Positions 44,085-52,138 of a DNA stretch of 58,581 nucleotides are shown piece by piece (positions within the stretch are counted from its first letter, which is position 1; each line of letters begins with the position of its first letter). The notes below the pieces were generated by a model. That model ran no database searches. It was not told the DNA's origin and saw only the letters and a program-made list of their open reading frames with translations. A program made the translations under genes and the position numbers. The DNA is from a virus (taxonomy: Duplodnaviria > Caudoviricetes). The stretch spans positions 1-58,581 of the IMG/VR virus record IMGVR_UViG_3300004807_000026; one strand, 5' to 3'.

Positions 44085-44669
44085 TTAGCGTTTTACCCAA
44101 CAGTGGTCAGGAAGGTTAGAAGTTGAGGACAGTGCGTCCTTCTCGATGAATACCGCGGTACGATTGTCGTGACGAAGCACGTGGCAACCTAAAATTCTTG
44201 GTGACGTAACCGTGTCCCGGGCTTGACGAACAGAAGCACACATGCGCTCGGTCGATACCACACAGGAAGAACATCCTCCCTTCCACTGCGCGTTGTTCGG
44301 GCAGCGGGCACAGATCCTTGCGCGAGATTCAGCCTCGTCGTCAGACACCAATGCAAACGGTTTGATCGACTGCTGCATGTTCTTAGCCCATGTCTGGATG
44401 TCATTCATCAACTGAGACCCAGCAGTAGGGTGATCAACACTCGTGATGCTCACCGTAACCTTGTCCACACCGTGGCAGAAGTGTGGGCTTCGTCCACATA
44501 GTTGACTGTTGATGTCACCAGTCACGTCTCCTACCGGGAGACCGTTCTCTGCACGGTACTTTTGCACGACGAGATAGAGATCGTCGAGTGTCGGAGCTTC
44601 CAACTTGACGTCACTTTGAAAAAAGTGCCACCCGCCGGGAGGAATCATGCCGTTAATCGGTTTTGCCAC
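44085..44669 (-). CDS. Cys-rich hypothetical protein
   Basis: GTG start VAKPING; PPGGW; LC..SPHFC; RARICARCP.N..W..GCSSC; C; GC; HCW. Confidence 0.65.
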   Translation of the reverse strand: MAKPINGMIPPGGWHFFQSDVKLEAPTLDDLYLVVQKYRAENGLPVGDVTGDINSQLCGRSPHFCHGVDKVTVSITSVDHPTAGSQLMNDIQTWAKNMQQSIKPFALVSDDEAESRARICARCPNNAQWKGGCSSCVVSTERMCASVRQARDTVTSPRILGCHVLRHDNRTAVFIEKDALSSTSNLPDHCWVKR

Positions 44670-44677
44670 AGGGTTCT

Positions 44678-44706
44678 GAAATAGTTTGTTGTGTAAGACT
44701 AAGCAA
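44678..44706 (-). promoter_or_regulatory. late-type promoter with GTCTTAC spacer motif
   Basis: TTGCTT-aGTCTTAC...-TATTTC (17-nt spacer). Confidence 0.55.
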
Positions 44707-44715
44707 GTACTATTT

Positions 44716-46596
44716 TTACTCCGTAAAATCAACGTAATCCAACGTATCCACGATACTTTGCAGCTTTTTTTCCCGAATTCGGCGTTCCGGAGCCTTGTTT
44801 TCGACCATTTCAGCCGAAAATCCCGACCTCTGACGCATGAGGTAGACAAGTAATGAGAGAGAATCCAACGCGTCGGGAGATTTACTTCTTGTACGTTTAA
44901 CAAAGTCCGCCTTCGACTCCACACGAACCAGTCCCTTGCCCTTTTGCTTGTACCTTCTCGACGTTGCCTGCCTGATTAACTCCTCGTGCCTGAACCCCGG
45001 GGCGATCTTCAGGTATCCAAACTCAATGTACTTAGCCAGTCCGAACAAAAGTTCAGTCACAACCCCGCTATACAACTCATTAGCCTTCTGCGTGTCGTCT
45101 CCAAGCACCCGTGTCTCGGTTGCTGCCCACGAATAGTTCACACCCATGACCTCTTTGCCGAACAAACTACACAAACTGTCGTGGATACCGGATCCGTTAC
45201 CCGTCCTGTCCACGCACAACCAGTTCGGCCCGATACGCATCTGTTTGCAAAACCTGATAATTGCTGTGGACTGCTCCAGCGTTGCCTTCTTTGGGAACGT
45301 GATCTGTGAATCCAACTGCAGCACCGTCTTCGCCTTTGGAAACGACTGGAACTTGCCAGATAGATCGGTAAATCCATCCGACAATCCAAACCTACCGTAG
45401 CTGCAGACGACGCTGTCGTTGCCCTCTAGCGCCAAGTCAAATGCTGCCAGCGGCACGACCGGGCCAATGAACCGCACGACCCCGACCGAGTTGTTCATCA
45501 TCGCTGGCGTCATCACTGCCATTGCCATACCTTCCTCCGGGAACCACCCACGCGCCATCGTGTAGTACTCCGCTGTGTGCCCGCGGTTAGAATAACTCTG
45601 GAATCCCTCGAACGTCTGCAGCCCGGCGTACATCACCCGCTTCTCCATGACGTTCTCGCACTTGGACGCGTCGATCCTGAGCACGTGATACCCCTCGCGA
45701 CTGTCCCACTCGTAGTCGTCCTCGCAGTCCACTGAACCCCATCCGTTCTTTGGCTCGCACCGGACACCGAAATCAGACGTGCGATCCTTCGGGTTCGATG
45801 CTGCAAAGATCTTGATGTGCCCGCGGAACATGTCGTCGTCCATCGATGACGCGATGTTGTTGACGCCTTCCCACACTCCGCCCGGGATCTCTTCAGCCTC
45901 GTCCAAGATGACGCGGATCCTCGATAGGCGTCCGTACTTGGGGTGCGCCTTGCCGAACCGCGGTGACGGGTGGAATCCGCGCAGCGTGCCCGCGCCCGAC
46001 TCGCCCCGGGGGATCGCCACAAGGTGAATGCCCTGCTTGCTGTCCTCGTTCGCTTGAATGCTCGTGACCAATGCGTCCCCCTTCGGGAACTCTGGCTTGA
46101 CTAGCGCGGCCCGGTGAAAGTTCTTGATGTGCGCGTAGATGTTGCGCTCAGCGTGCTCCCGGGTCAGCGAGATCACCTTGATCGCCGTGTAGAACGGATC
46201 CCGGAGCCAGTCCAGATAGAACCACGCAGCCGCGTTGAACGACTTGCCCATCGCGCCCGCTCCCTGCACCAGTGTCTTGTCGTACCGGAACAGGCAGCGC
46301 CACGTGTCCTGTGCCGACCGGGGACGCCAGTCGTAGACGTCAGCGCCCCACTGGATCGTTGCCGCGGCCTCGAACTGATTCTTGTCGAGTAGGTGCTGGA
46401 CGAACTGCAATACGATTGCCTTGGCCTTGGGCAGCGTGATGACCGTGTTCTCGGGCTCCTTGGTCGCGTGCTGCAGGATGTACTTGGCCGCGTACAGGAT
46501 GCCCTTCTCCTCGTCCCGGTCAACCTGCTTACGGATCTCTGTCGCGAGCTTGAGCGCGTGCGAGATGTTACGCGCTGGCGTCGGGGTCTCGCTCAT
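44716..46596 (-). CDS. terL: terminase large subunit
   Basis: Walker A GAGAMGKS, Walker B VILDEAEE, ASNP coupling motif, RNase H-like AFDLALEGND, VDRTGNG, SPDALDS. Confidence 0.9.
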   Translation of the reverse strand: MSETPTPARNISHALKLATEIRKQVDRDEEKGILYAAKYILQHATKEPENTVITLPKAKAIVLQFVQHLLDKNQFEAAATIQWGADVYDWRPRSAQDTWRCLFRYDKTLVQGAGAMGKSFNAAAWFYLDWLRDPFYTAIKVISLTREHAERNIYAHIKNFHRAALVKPEFPKGDALVTSIQANEDSKQGIHLVAIPRGESGAGTLRGFHPSPRFGKAHPKYGRLSRIRVILDEAEEIPGGVWEGVNNIASSMDDDMFRGHIKIFAASNPKDRTSDFGVRCEPKNGWGSVDCEDDYEWDSREGYHVLRIDASKCENVMEKRVMYAGLQTFEGFQSYSNRGHTAEYYTMARGWFPEEGMAMAVMTPAMMNNSVGVVRFIGPVVPLAAFDLALEGNDSVVCSYGRFGLSDGFTDLSGKFQSFPKAKTVLQLDSQITFPKKATLEQSTAIIRFCKQMRIGPNWLCVDRTGNGSGIHDSLCSLFGKEVMGVNYSWAATETRVLGDDTQKANELYSGVVTELLFGLAKYIEFGYLKIAPGFRHEELIRQATSRRYKQKGKGLVRVESKADFVKRTRSKSPDALDSLSLLVYLMRQRSGFSAEMVENKAPERRIREKKLQSIVDTLDYVDFTE

Positions 46597-47101
46597 GGGG
46601 TATCTCGACCTTGTCGTCGATGCTCAGGACATCCTCGGCGTCCGGGATCAGGACAGCGTCCATGACTCCCTCACCGTCGATCTCCTTGCTGTTGCGGTCG
46701 CGCACGGTGAACGTCAGGGACATGTTGGCGTCCTGAGAGATTTTGAGTCGGTCGTCCAGTTCGCCCGCGAGCTTGGCGTCGAGTTGGATGGCTGCGAGTT
46801 TATCGTAGACCTCCTCGACACCGTTGGCGCGGTTGATGACCTTGGTCGGCACGATGCCCTCTCCCATCTGCCGCAGGAGCTCGCGCTTCCGGGTGAGAGC
46901 CAGCACAGACCGGGACAGCACCTCTTCGCGGATCTCCGCGATGCGGGCGTTGATGTCAGGGCGCTTCGACAGCGTCGAGGCGTACCCGTCGGGGTTCTTA
47001 GCCTTCGGGTTGACCTTAGCGTAGGCAGCGGTCGCGCTGTCGCCTTGCTCGGCGATCAGGTGCGCGAACTTCTCGTGGGACGGGTTATTGAGTGCAGGCA
47101 T
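46568..47101 (-). CDS. terS: terminase small subunit
   Basis: MPALNNPSHEKFAHLI..G.SATAAY...ASTL...DINARIAEI; overlaps TerL start. Confidence 0.8.
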   Translation of the reverse strand: MPALNNPSHEKFAHLIAEQGDSATAAYAKVNPKAKNPDGYASTLSKRPDINARIAEIREEVLSRSVLALTRKRELLRQMGEGIVPTKVINRANGVEEVYDKLAAIQLDAKLAGELDDRLKISQDANMSLTFTVRDRNSKEIDGEGVMDAVLIPDAEDVLSIDDKVEIPHERDPDASA

Positions 47102-47139
47102 GGGTGTGCCGGGAGCGCCCCGGCAGGCGGGTCAGTCTA

Positions 47140-47445
47140 TCAGTTCTGACCGCTAGTCGTGTCCTTGCCAGTCGTGTAATTGCTGTGGCAGATAGGGGCG
47201 TTGGGGAAACGTCCGTAGGGATAGATGAATGCACCGTTAGCGTCGAAGTACAACTCGTACCGCTTGCTGTTGTTGTTGTGGTTTAGGAAGACGCCATTAG
47301 CCTCGGTGATAGCGTGGCAGACGAAGTTCTCCGGGAGAGGTACAACGGGCTTGCTGGTGGTGACCGTAGCCTGAGTCGTGCCGTGGTTCAGCGTGGACTG
47401 GGTGGGATAGGTGTTGCCTGCGATAAAAGACGTGCGTGTTGCCAT
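47140..47445 (-). CDS. hypothetical protein
   Basis: MATRTSF start just after a late-type promoter. Confidence 0.55.
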   Translation of the reverse strand: MATRTSFIAGNTYPTQSTLNHGTTQATVTTSKPVVPLPENFVCHAITEANGVFLNHNNNSKRYELYFDANGAFIYPYGRFPNAPICHSNYTTGKDTTSGQN

Positions 47446-47453
47446 ATGCCGGG

Positions 47454-47482
47454 ATGATGGCGGAATGTGTAAGACGTTGCAA
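47454..47482 (-). promoter_or_regulatory. late-type promoter with GTCTTAC spacer motif
   Basis: TTGCAA-cGTCTTAC...-CATCAT (17-nt spacer). Confidence 0.6.
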
Positions 47483-47528
47483 GTAAATTGTCGTTGAATA
47501 TGCACTGCATACCTGAAACACTGAAGCA

Positions 47529-47972
47529 GTGAACGCGAGACTCGACTGGTTAAAGAACCCGAAACATGCCGCGCTGCTGCAGGAGTCGAAGGATAAATCG
47601 ATCCGGTTGTATCAGGAGAGTCAGTTGAAGTACGCAGATAGACGCGAAAAGATTAACCGGAACTACAGGCAGCGTTACCCGGAACGCGTGTCGGAGTTCG
47701 CAGCGCGACGACGTGCCCGCCTACGGGGTCAGGCACCCAAACTGAGCCCGGATGACCGCGGGATCATTTCAACGATCAGGGAGACCGCTCAGCGCGTCGA
47801 GCGGTGTACTGGGATCCAGTTTGACGTTGACCACGTCATGCCGATTGCATTGGGCGGATTGCACGTCCCCGGCAATATGCGCGTCATGCCTGCGTACTGG
47901 AACCGAAAAAAGAACGCCAAACACCCAGAAGAATTTGCACAAATGCTTGATGCGTTGGGAGTTACACTCTAA
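47529..47972 (+). CDS. HNH endonuclease
   Basis: FDVDHVMPIALGGLHVPGNMRVMPAYWNRKKNAK; only plus-strand gene. Confidence 0.85.
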   Translation: MNARLDWLKNPKHAALLQESKDKSIRLYQESQLKYADRREKINRNYRQRYPERVSEFAARRRARLRGQAPKLSPDDRGIISTIRETAQRVERCTGIQFDVDHVMPIALGGLHVPGNMRVMPAYWNRKKNAKHPEEFAQMLDALGVTL

Positions 47973-48208
47973 TGACGACTGGACAGGTGCAGCATTATTT
48001 ATTTTTCTTCATTGTCTGATGTTATGGAATAAGTTGTTGATTTTAAGCGTGTTGACTTTGTAGGACATATCGGGATGTATAATTATTTGCTGTTAGATGG
48101 GTTTTTAATCTTGCATTGTAGCAGTGTAATTTGATACACTTAATAAAAAATACTTATATCGGGCAGCAGCGGGATACGAAGACCCTTGGTATAACCTATT
48201 GGGAGGTG

Positions 48209-48863
48209 TGCATGATATGCATGACTTGCATCATTCTTCAGCTATCTACGAAAAGGGGGTGTTTCTATATGGTTTGAAATATCATGCAAGTGATGCAAGT
48301 CATGTATCCCCCGGAAACCGCGGATCCCGGCTGCAGTGCGACACTGATACCCTGCGACACTGAAACAGTGCTACAGGGCAACCTCGACGCAGCGATGAGC
48401 GCCACAAGAGGTCGGTTAGTCTACAGAGACGAGGATTACGATAGAGACATTGTGAGACAACAGAGACAAAGTGTCTCTATTTCAGAGTAAAGCGGATTCC
48501 GGACACAGATCCTTGAACGACAAGGTTGAGCCTCACAGGGTAAAACGCATGGACTTGCATGGACTGCAGGGGATGCAGGGGGAAGACGCTTGACCATCCA
48601 TGCAGCCGCGAGCCCGCACCAATACAGGCGCTAGGAGCCATCTGCATGGAGTGCATGGAGTATATCTATATATTGTATTTTAATTTTTTTTTTATTTAGA
48701 GCTCCGCGCCGTCCACCGCGCACCGCGCTCCGCCCCGCACGTCCCATACCCCTCCATGCACTCCATGCACTCCATGCAGAGACCACTTAACCTTGTAACC
48801 CTGAAGCACTTACACACTGCATGGGTGAATTCTGAGCCCGCATGGACTAAAACCCTCCATGCG
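48209..48863. repeat. iteron-like GCATG(G/A) repeats in inverted arrangement around AT-rich cores (origin/terminus candidate)
   Basis: about 11 GCATGG copies at 48547-48863; perfect 20-bp IR 48641-48660/48761-48780 flanking AT-rich 48661-48698; second IR set 48209-48304. Confidence 0.65.
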
Positions 48864-48948
48864 CTAACAACAAACAATATCAATGTAAAAAGAAAAACTG
48901 CTACACTGATTCAGTGCAGCAGTTAAACTTTGACTTAATGTAGACTGG

Positions 48949-49158
48949 TTACTCGTCTACTTGATCCGGGTCGAACTTTTCGATAAGAAGTTCGATGAGT
49001 CGCTGCTTCTCTTGGTAGCAACTCAGCACCCTATCGTGCTTGCTCTTGGATACTTCGAGTTGCTCCTTAGCGAGCGTGAGTTCGTTTGTTAGCTCTTTAA
49101 GCCTAGCCCGGTGCTCGATGATTAGCTTGGTGATCTCGGGTGGTATTGTGTCTGACAT
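48949..49158 (-). CDS. hypothetical coiled-coil protein
   Basis: MSDTIPP start; heptad pattern. Confidence 0.55.
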   Translation of the reverse strand: MSDTIPPEITKLIIEHRARLKELTNELTLAKEQLEVSKSKHDRVLSCYQEKQRLIELLIEKFDPDQVDE

Positions 49159-49160
49159 AG

Positions 49161-49442
49161 TTATTCGGGTTGATCGAGCCAAGCGGGTTCCGGGCGCGGT
49201 TCGATGGGCTTGATGTTCTCCTGCTTGCGGAGCGCCTTGATGTTGTTGACGATCTCCCGGGCGCGTGTGGTGGAGATTCGTACCTGATCGAGACCGTGAG
49301 CGTCGGCGATCTTGAGGTTGGATCCGAGTGCTGCCTCGATTTCGAGAGCAATCTCCCGGTATTGTGCGAGGCGGGTGATGCGCTGGCTTTCGACTTTGTT
49401 TTCGGCGAGCGTCTCTTTGGCGATGAGTTCGTAGAGTGTCAT
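49161..49442 (-). CDS. hypothetical protein
   Basis: 93-aa ATG ORF, tightly packed. Confidence 0.55.
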   Translation of the reverse strand: MTLYELIAKETLAENKVESQRITRLAQYREIALEIEAALGSNLKIADAHGLDQVRISTTRAREIVNNIKALRKQENIKPIEPRPEPAWLDQPE

Positions 49443-49447
49443 GGTGG

Positions 49448-49675
49448 TTACTTTTTTAGTGGTGGTGGTTCTAGGTTGTCCTCTGGGTTGAGTACCTGTG
49501 GGTACTCGTCATTCCAGTGAAAAGTGGTGACGCCCCAAGCGTTGGACTCGAAGTGCGCGGCGTGGTGGACGACTGCCTCGTGCTGCCCGAGTATCAGGCA
49601 GGCGAGGATGAGGAATACGATGCAGCCGAGAGTCCCGGCTACGAAGAACGCGAGGTTCAGTGACTTGTCTTTCAT
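49448..49675 (-). CDS. small membrane protein
   Basis: single N-terminal TM. Confidence 0.55.
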   Translation of the reverse strand: MKDKSLNLAFFVAGTLGCIVFLILACLILGQHEAVVHHAAHFESNAWGVTTFHWNDEYPQVLNPEDNLEPPPLKK

Positions 49676-49704
49676 GGGTGTTGTATGTGTTTGGTTTGGT
49701 TTGG

Positions 49705-49944
49705 TTATTTAGAAACGCAGGTTGGATTCCAAAATTCAGCATTCTGTTTTACAAAATGGCTTCTTGCTATGCGCTTTCCAAAACGCAAAGCCATCCATTT
49801 TTCCAATTCATATGGAGTGTCTTCGTAGTGGGTAATCGTTTCTCCGTTCCATCCGGATCCGATTTCGTATTCGCAACGAAACAAGTCTCCGATTCTATCA
49901 ACGGAAATACTCAATTCAGATGCGTGTGGCAGTTTTGTGTTCAT
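49705..49944 (-). CDS. hypothetical early protein
   Basis: MNTKLPH start after an A/C-rich leader and promoter. Confidence 0.55.
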   Translation of the reverse strand: MNTKLPHASELSISVDRIGDLFRCEYEIGSGWNGETITHYEDTPYELEKWMALRFGKRIARSHFVKQNAEFWNPTCVSK

Positions 49945-49983
49945 GTGTGTTTGTTGGTTGGTTGTAGTTGACTGTCGAGATGA

Positions 49984-50012
49984 TTGATAACCTAAGCGGA
50001 GTTGGTTGTCTA
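49984..50012 (-). promoter_or_regulatory. putative early promoter
   Basis: AAAATAATTG-TAGACA-17-TATCAA, same upstream context as the 50444 promoter. Confidence 0.5.
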
Positions 50013-50015
50013 CAA

Positions 50016-50363
50016 TTATTTTAAGCCGAAAGAAACGAAGGGTGACTTGAATGCCCACTCGGTCTTGGAATAGGTCTGACGAGAACGGATCCAGCGGGAA
50101 CCGTACCACTCTTTGTTGACCCGGGACTGGCGCCACACGTAGGTCTGGATGAACCGGGAGAGGTGCGCCTTGAGTTGGTCGGAGGACTTGTTGAACCACC
50201 AGCGACGTGCCTCCGGGGAAAGGTTGCGCTCAGCCTCGAAGAATTCGGCGCGGAGTTGTTGCGTGGTCTCAGCGAGTCTGTCCTCGTGGTACGCGGTTTG
50301 GAGTGAGTGTTGGAGGCTCAGGAGGTGCTTGAGTTCCGCGACGTAAGTGTAGGTCTTGTTCAT
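50016..50363 (-). CDS. hypothetical early protein
   Basis: 115 aa, first ORF after an early promoter. Confidence 0.6.
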   Translation of the reverse strand: MNKTYTYVAELKHLLSLQHSLQTAYHEDRLAETTQQLRAEFFEAERNLSPEARRWWFNKSSDQLKAHLSRFIQTYVWRQSRVNKEWYGSRWIRSRQTYSKTEWAFKSPFVSFGLK

Positions 50364-50398
50364 TTTAATGTGTTGGTTGGTGTTTGGTGTGTTTGGTG

Positions 50399-50500
50399 TT
50401 GGTTGTTACTGTCTGGAATCAATGTACCCAAGTTGCTTGGGTTTGTAAACAATTATTTTCAATTATTTTTATGCCCCGCGGAACCGCATAAATACTGGCT
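50399..50500 (-). promoter_or_regulatory. early promoter with conserved upstream block (copy 2)
   Basis: TTTACA-17-TACATT; block shared with 4482-4583. Confidence 0.7.
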
Positions 50501-50561
50501 GCAACCCTGATGCACTGACGCAGTGATTCTTTGTAAGACTACAGCACAACTCCCCATATAG

Positions 50562-51015
50562 GTAATCAAGTACTAAAACGATTACAATTAGTAGTTGGGT
50601 GATCCCAATCGGGTATAATTCGGTGATAATTTTGATTTATAACTCATGAATCATACCCAATCAGGTATAATTTTGATTTATAACTCATGAATCATACCCA
50701 ATCAGGTATAATGCAGTGAGTAATCAGGTGTCTACGATCATGAACATTTTACAGATGTCTACGATCTGCTACACAATTTGGATATATGTAGCGTGCTCAC
50801 TACAATGCTTCTTTGTAGCGTGCTCACTACGCTTGTCTGCTATATCGGTATTGCTGACTTATTCTTATTGAATCCAAACCACTAAATACTATTGAATGTG
50901 TACTACCAATTGGTAATAAATCGTTTATATTACTTTTGAATAATAAATTTTGTCAGAAATAGTGTATGCTTTTTCCGTGATAGCTGTTAAAAATATGTAG
51001 CGGTTTTTTTAACAG
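50562..51015. repeat. array of about a dozen different imperfect palindromes, including a 41-bp tandem duplication
   Basis: e.g. ATACCCAATCAGGTAT x2, TGTAGCGTGCTCACTAC x2, TACTACCAATTGGTAATA, CTGTTAAAAA-N12-TTTTTAACAG. Confidence 0.75.
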
Positions 51016-51024
51016 ATTACTCTG

Positions 51025-51300
51025 TTAGTTGCCGTATTCCCTCAACCCTGCTTGGCAGAGTTCTTCATGGGCTTTGGCTAATTGGGTTTCTAAGTCGTAG
51101 AGCCACTTGGGATCCACAAAGACCTTTCCTTGTTTTAGTTCGGCGTTCTCCTCACGGAGCATTGCGACCTCTTTGGTTGCTTTGCAGAGAGCATTGTACA
51201 GTTCTACCGAGTCAGATTGCGTGGTTAGCATGGATTGATTCTTACGAATGGTTTCTTCCCCTCGCAGGATTTGGTTAATCTTGTCTTGGATTCCGTACAT
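51025..51300 (-). CDS. hypothetical protein
   Basis: 91 aa; KEVAMLR coiled coil. Confidence 0.55.
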   Translation of the reverse strand: MYGIQDKINQILRGEETIRKNQSMLTTQSDSVELYNALCKATKEVAMLREENAELKQGKVFVDPKWLYDLETQLAKAHEELCQAGLREYGN

Positions 51301-51301
51301 A

Positions 51302-51613
51302 TCAGTTGATGTCTTCTGGTTTCACTTCTCGCTTTATAGCGTTGAGCAAATCGCAATGACGCTGACATACATCTCCATCGTCGAAAGACGCTTCCATAGG
51401 CCAATCAGCAGTTGTTCCAAGGTTCTCATCCATAAAGTCGATATATTCTCGCATGACTTTACGGAGCCTTGCGACCTCTTTGGTTTTCTCGCTGAGTTCG
51501 CGTTCTAGCTGGCGGGAGGTCTCTACTGGCACTACAAAGGCTTTTAAGCCCATGGCCTCGCAAGCCTCATCCGTCCTAGGCGTTGGTGTGGTGTCGGTGG
51601 TTGATGTATTCAT
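51302..51613 (-). CDS. hypothetical protein (TPRTD...RQLEREL small phage family)
   Basis: TPRTDEAC...SRQLERELS..TKEVARLR. Confidence 0.6.
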   Translation of the reverse strand: MNTSTTDTTPTPRTDEACEAMGLKAFVVPVETSRQLERELSEKTKEVARLRKVMREYIDFMDENLGTTADWPMEASFDDGDVCQRHCDLLNAIKREVKPEDIN

Positions 51614-51864
51614 TTGTATTGAAGCTGACTCAAAAGGTGATTTGGGAAATCAGGGTAAAATCCGAACCGCAATGATTTTTTTTCAAGATGAGGATAAATC
51701 TTTCCGTAAATTTGAAGCAAGTCTGCGGCAATGAATTCTTCAACACGACCACCAGAAATGTAATATCGGCGTCCTGACATGAAGTTGTCATAGCATCCTT
51801 GTAACAGATGAACAAATTCTGGACTTGCAACTTCGTTTTTGCTGTCGGTGGTTGATGTATTCAT
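51610..51864 (-). CDS. hypothetical protein
   Basis: MNTSTTDS start identical at DNA level to the next gene's start. Confidence 0.55.
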   Translation of the reverse strand: MNTSTTDSKNEVASPEFVHLLQGCYDNFMSGRRYYISGGRVEEFIAADLLQIYGKIYPHLEKKSLRFGFYPDFPNHLLSQLQYK

Positions 51865-51902
51865 GAAGCTCAATAAAAAACCCAAGCTGATTCAATGACA
51901 AG

Positions 51903-52069
51903 AAAAAAAGGTCGGAGGAGGTTCAGGTCGCTAGTCGTTCGGTTTCCGCCTAACTAGTAAACTAGGATTGCTCCCCTACACAGACCCCCTCAATGCCTCC
52001 TCCGATTATAAGCGTCCAACCGAGTCTTTTCAGACTCAATCAGAGCAGTGGTTCACCGAAGATCCCCAC
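51903..52069 (-). ncRNA. unrecognised structured RNA downstream of tRNA-Gln
   Basis: 10-bp closing stem, GAAA/GCAA tetraloops, G-U pairs that work only on the minus strand, U7 tail. Confidence 0.6.
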
Positions 52070-52138
52070 GAGATTACAAATCCTATGCACTTATGAATAT
52101 CTGTCAATTATTTGTAAACTCCCTAAACTTCCTATAAT

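Noticed and set aside
48284-48883. ORFs MQVMQVM... and ...CMECMECME
   Set aside because: Translations of 9-bp iteron repeats, not credible proteins.
50588-50688. ATGA-coupled micro-ORFs (MSYKSKLYLIGYDS) in the palindrome array
   Set aside because: They arise automatically from the TCATGA palindrome and the duplication; no independent coding evidence, though translation cannot be excluded.
50626-50712. 41-bp tandem repeat as a CRISPR mini-array
   Set aside because: Units are directly adjacent with no unique spacers; the Cas4-like gene is the usual phage replication-module nuclease.
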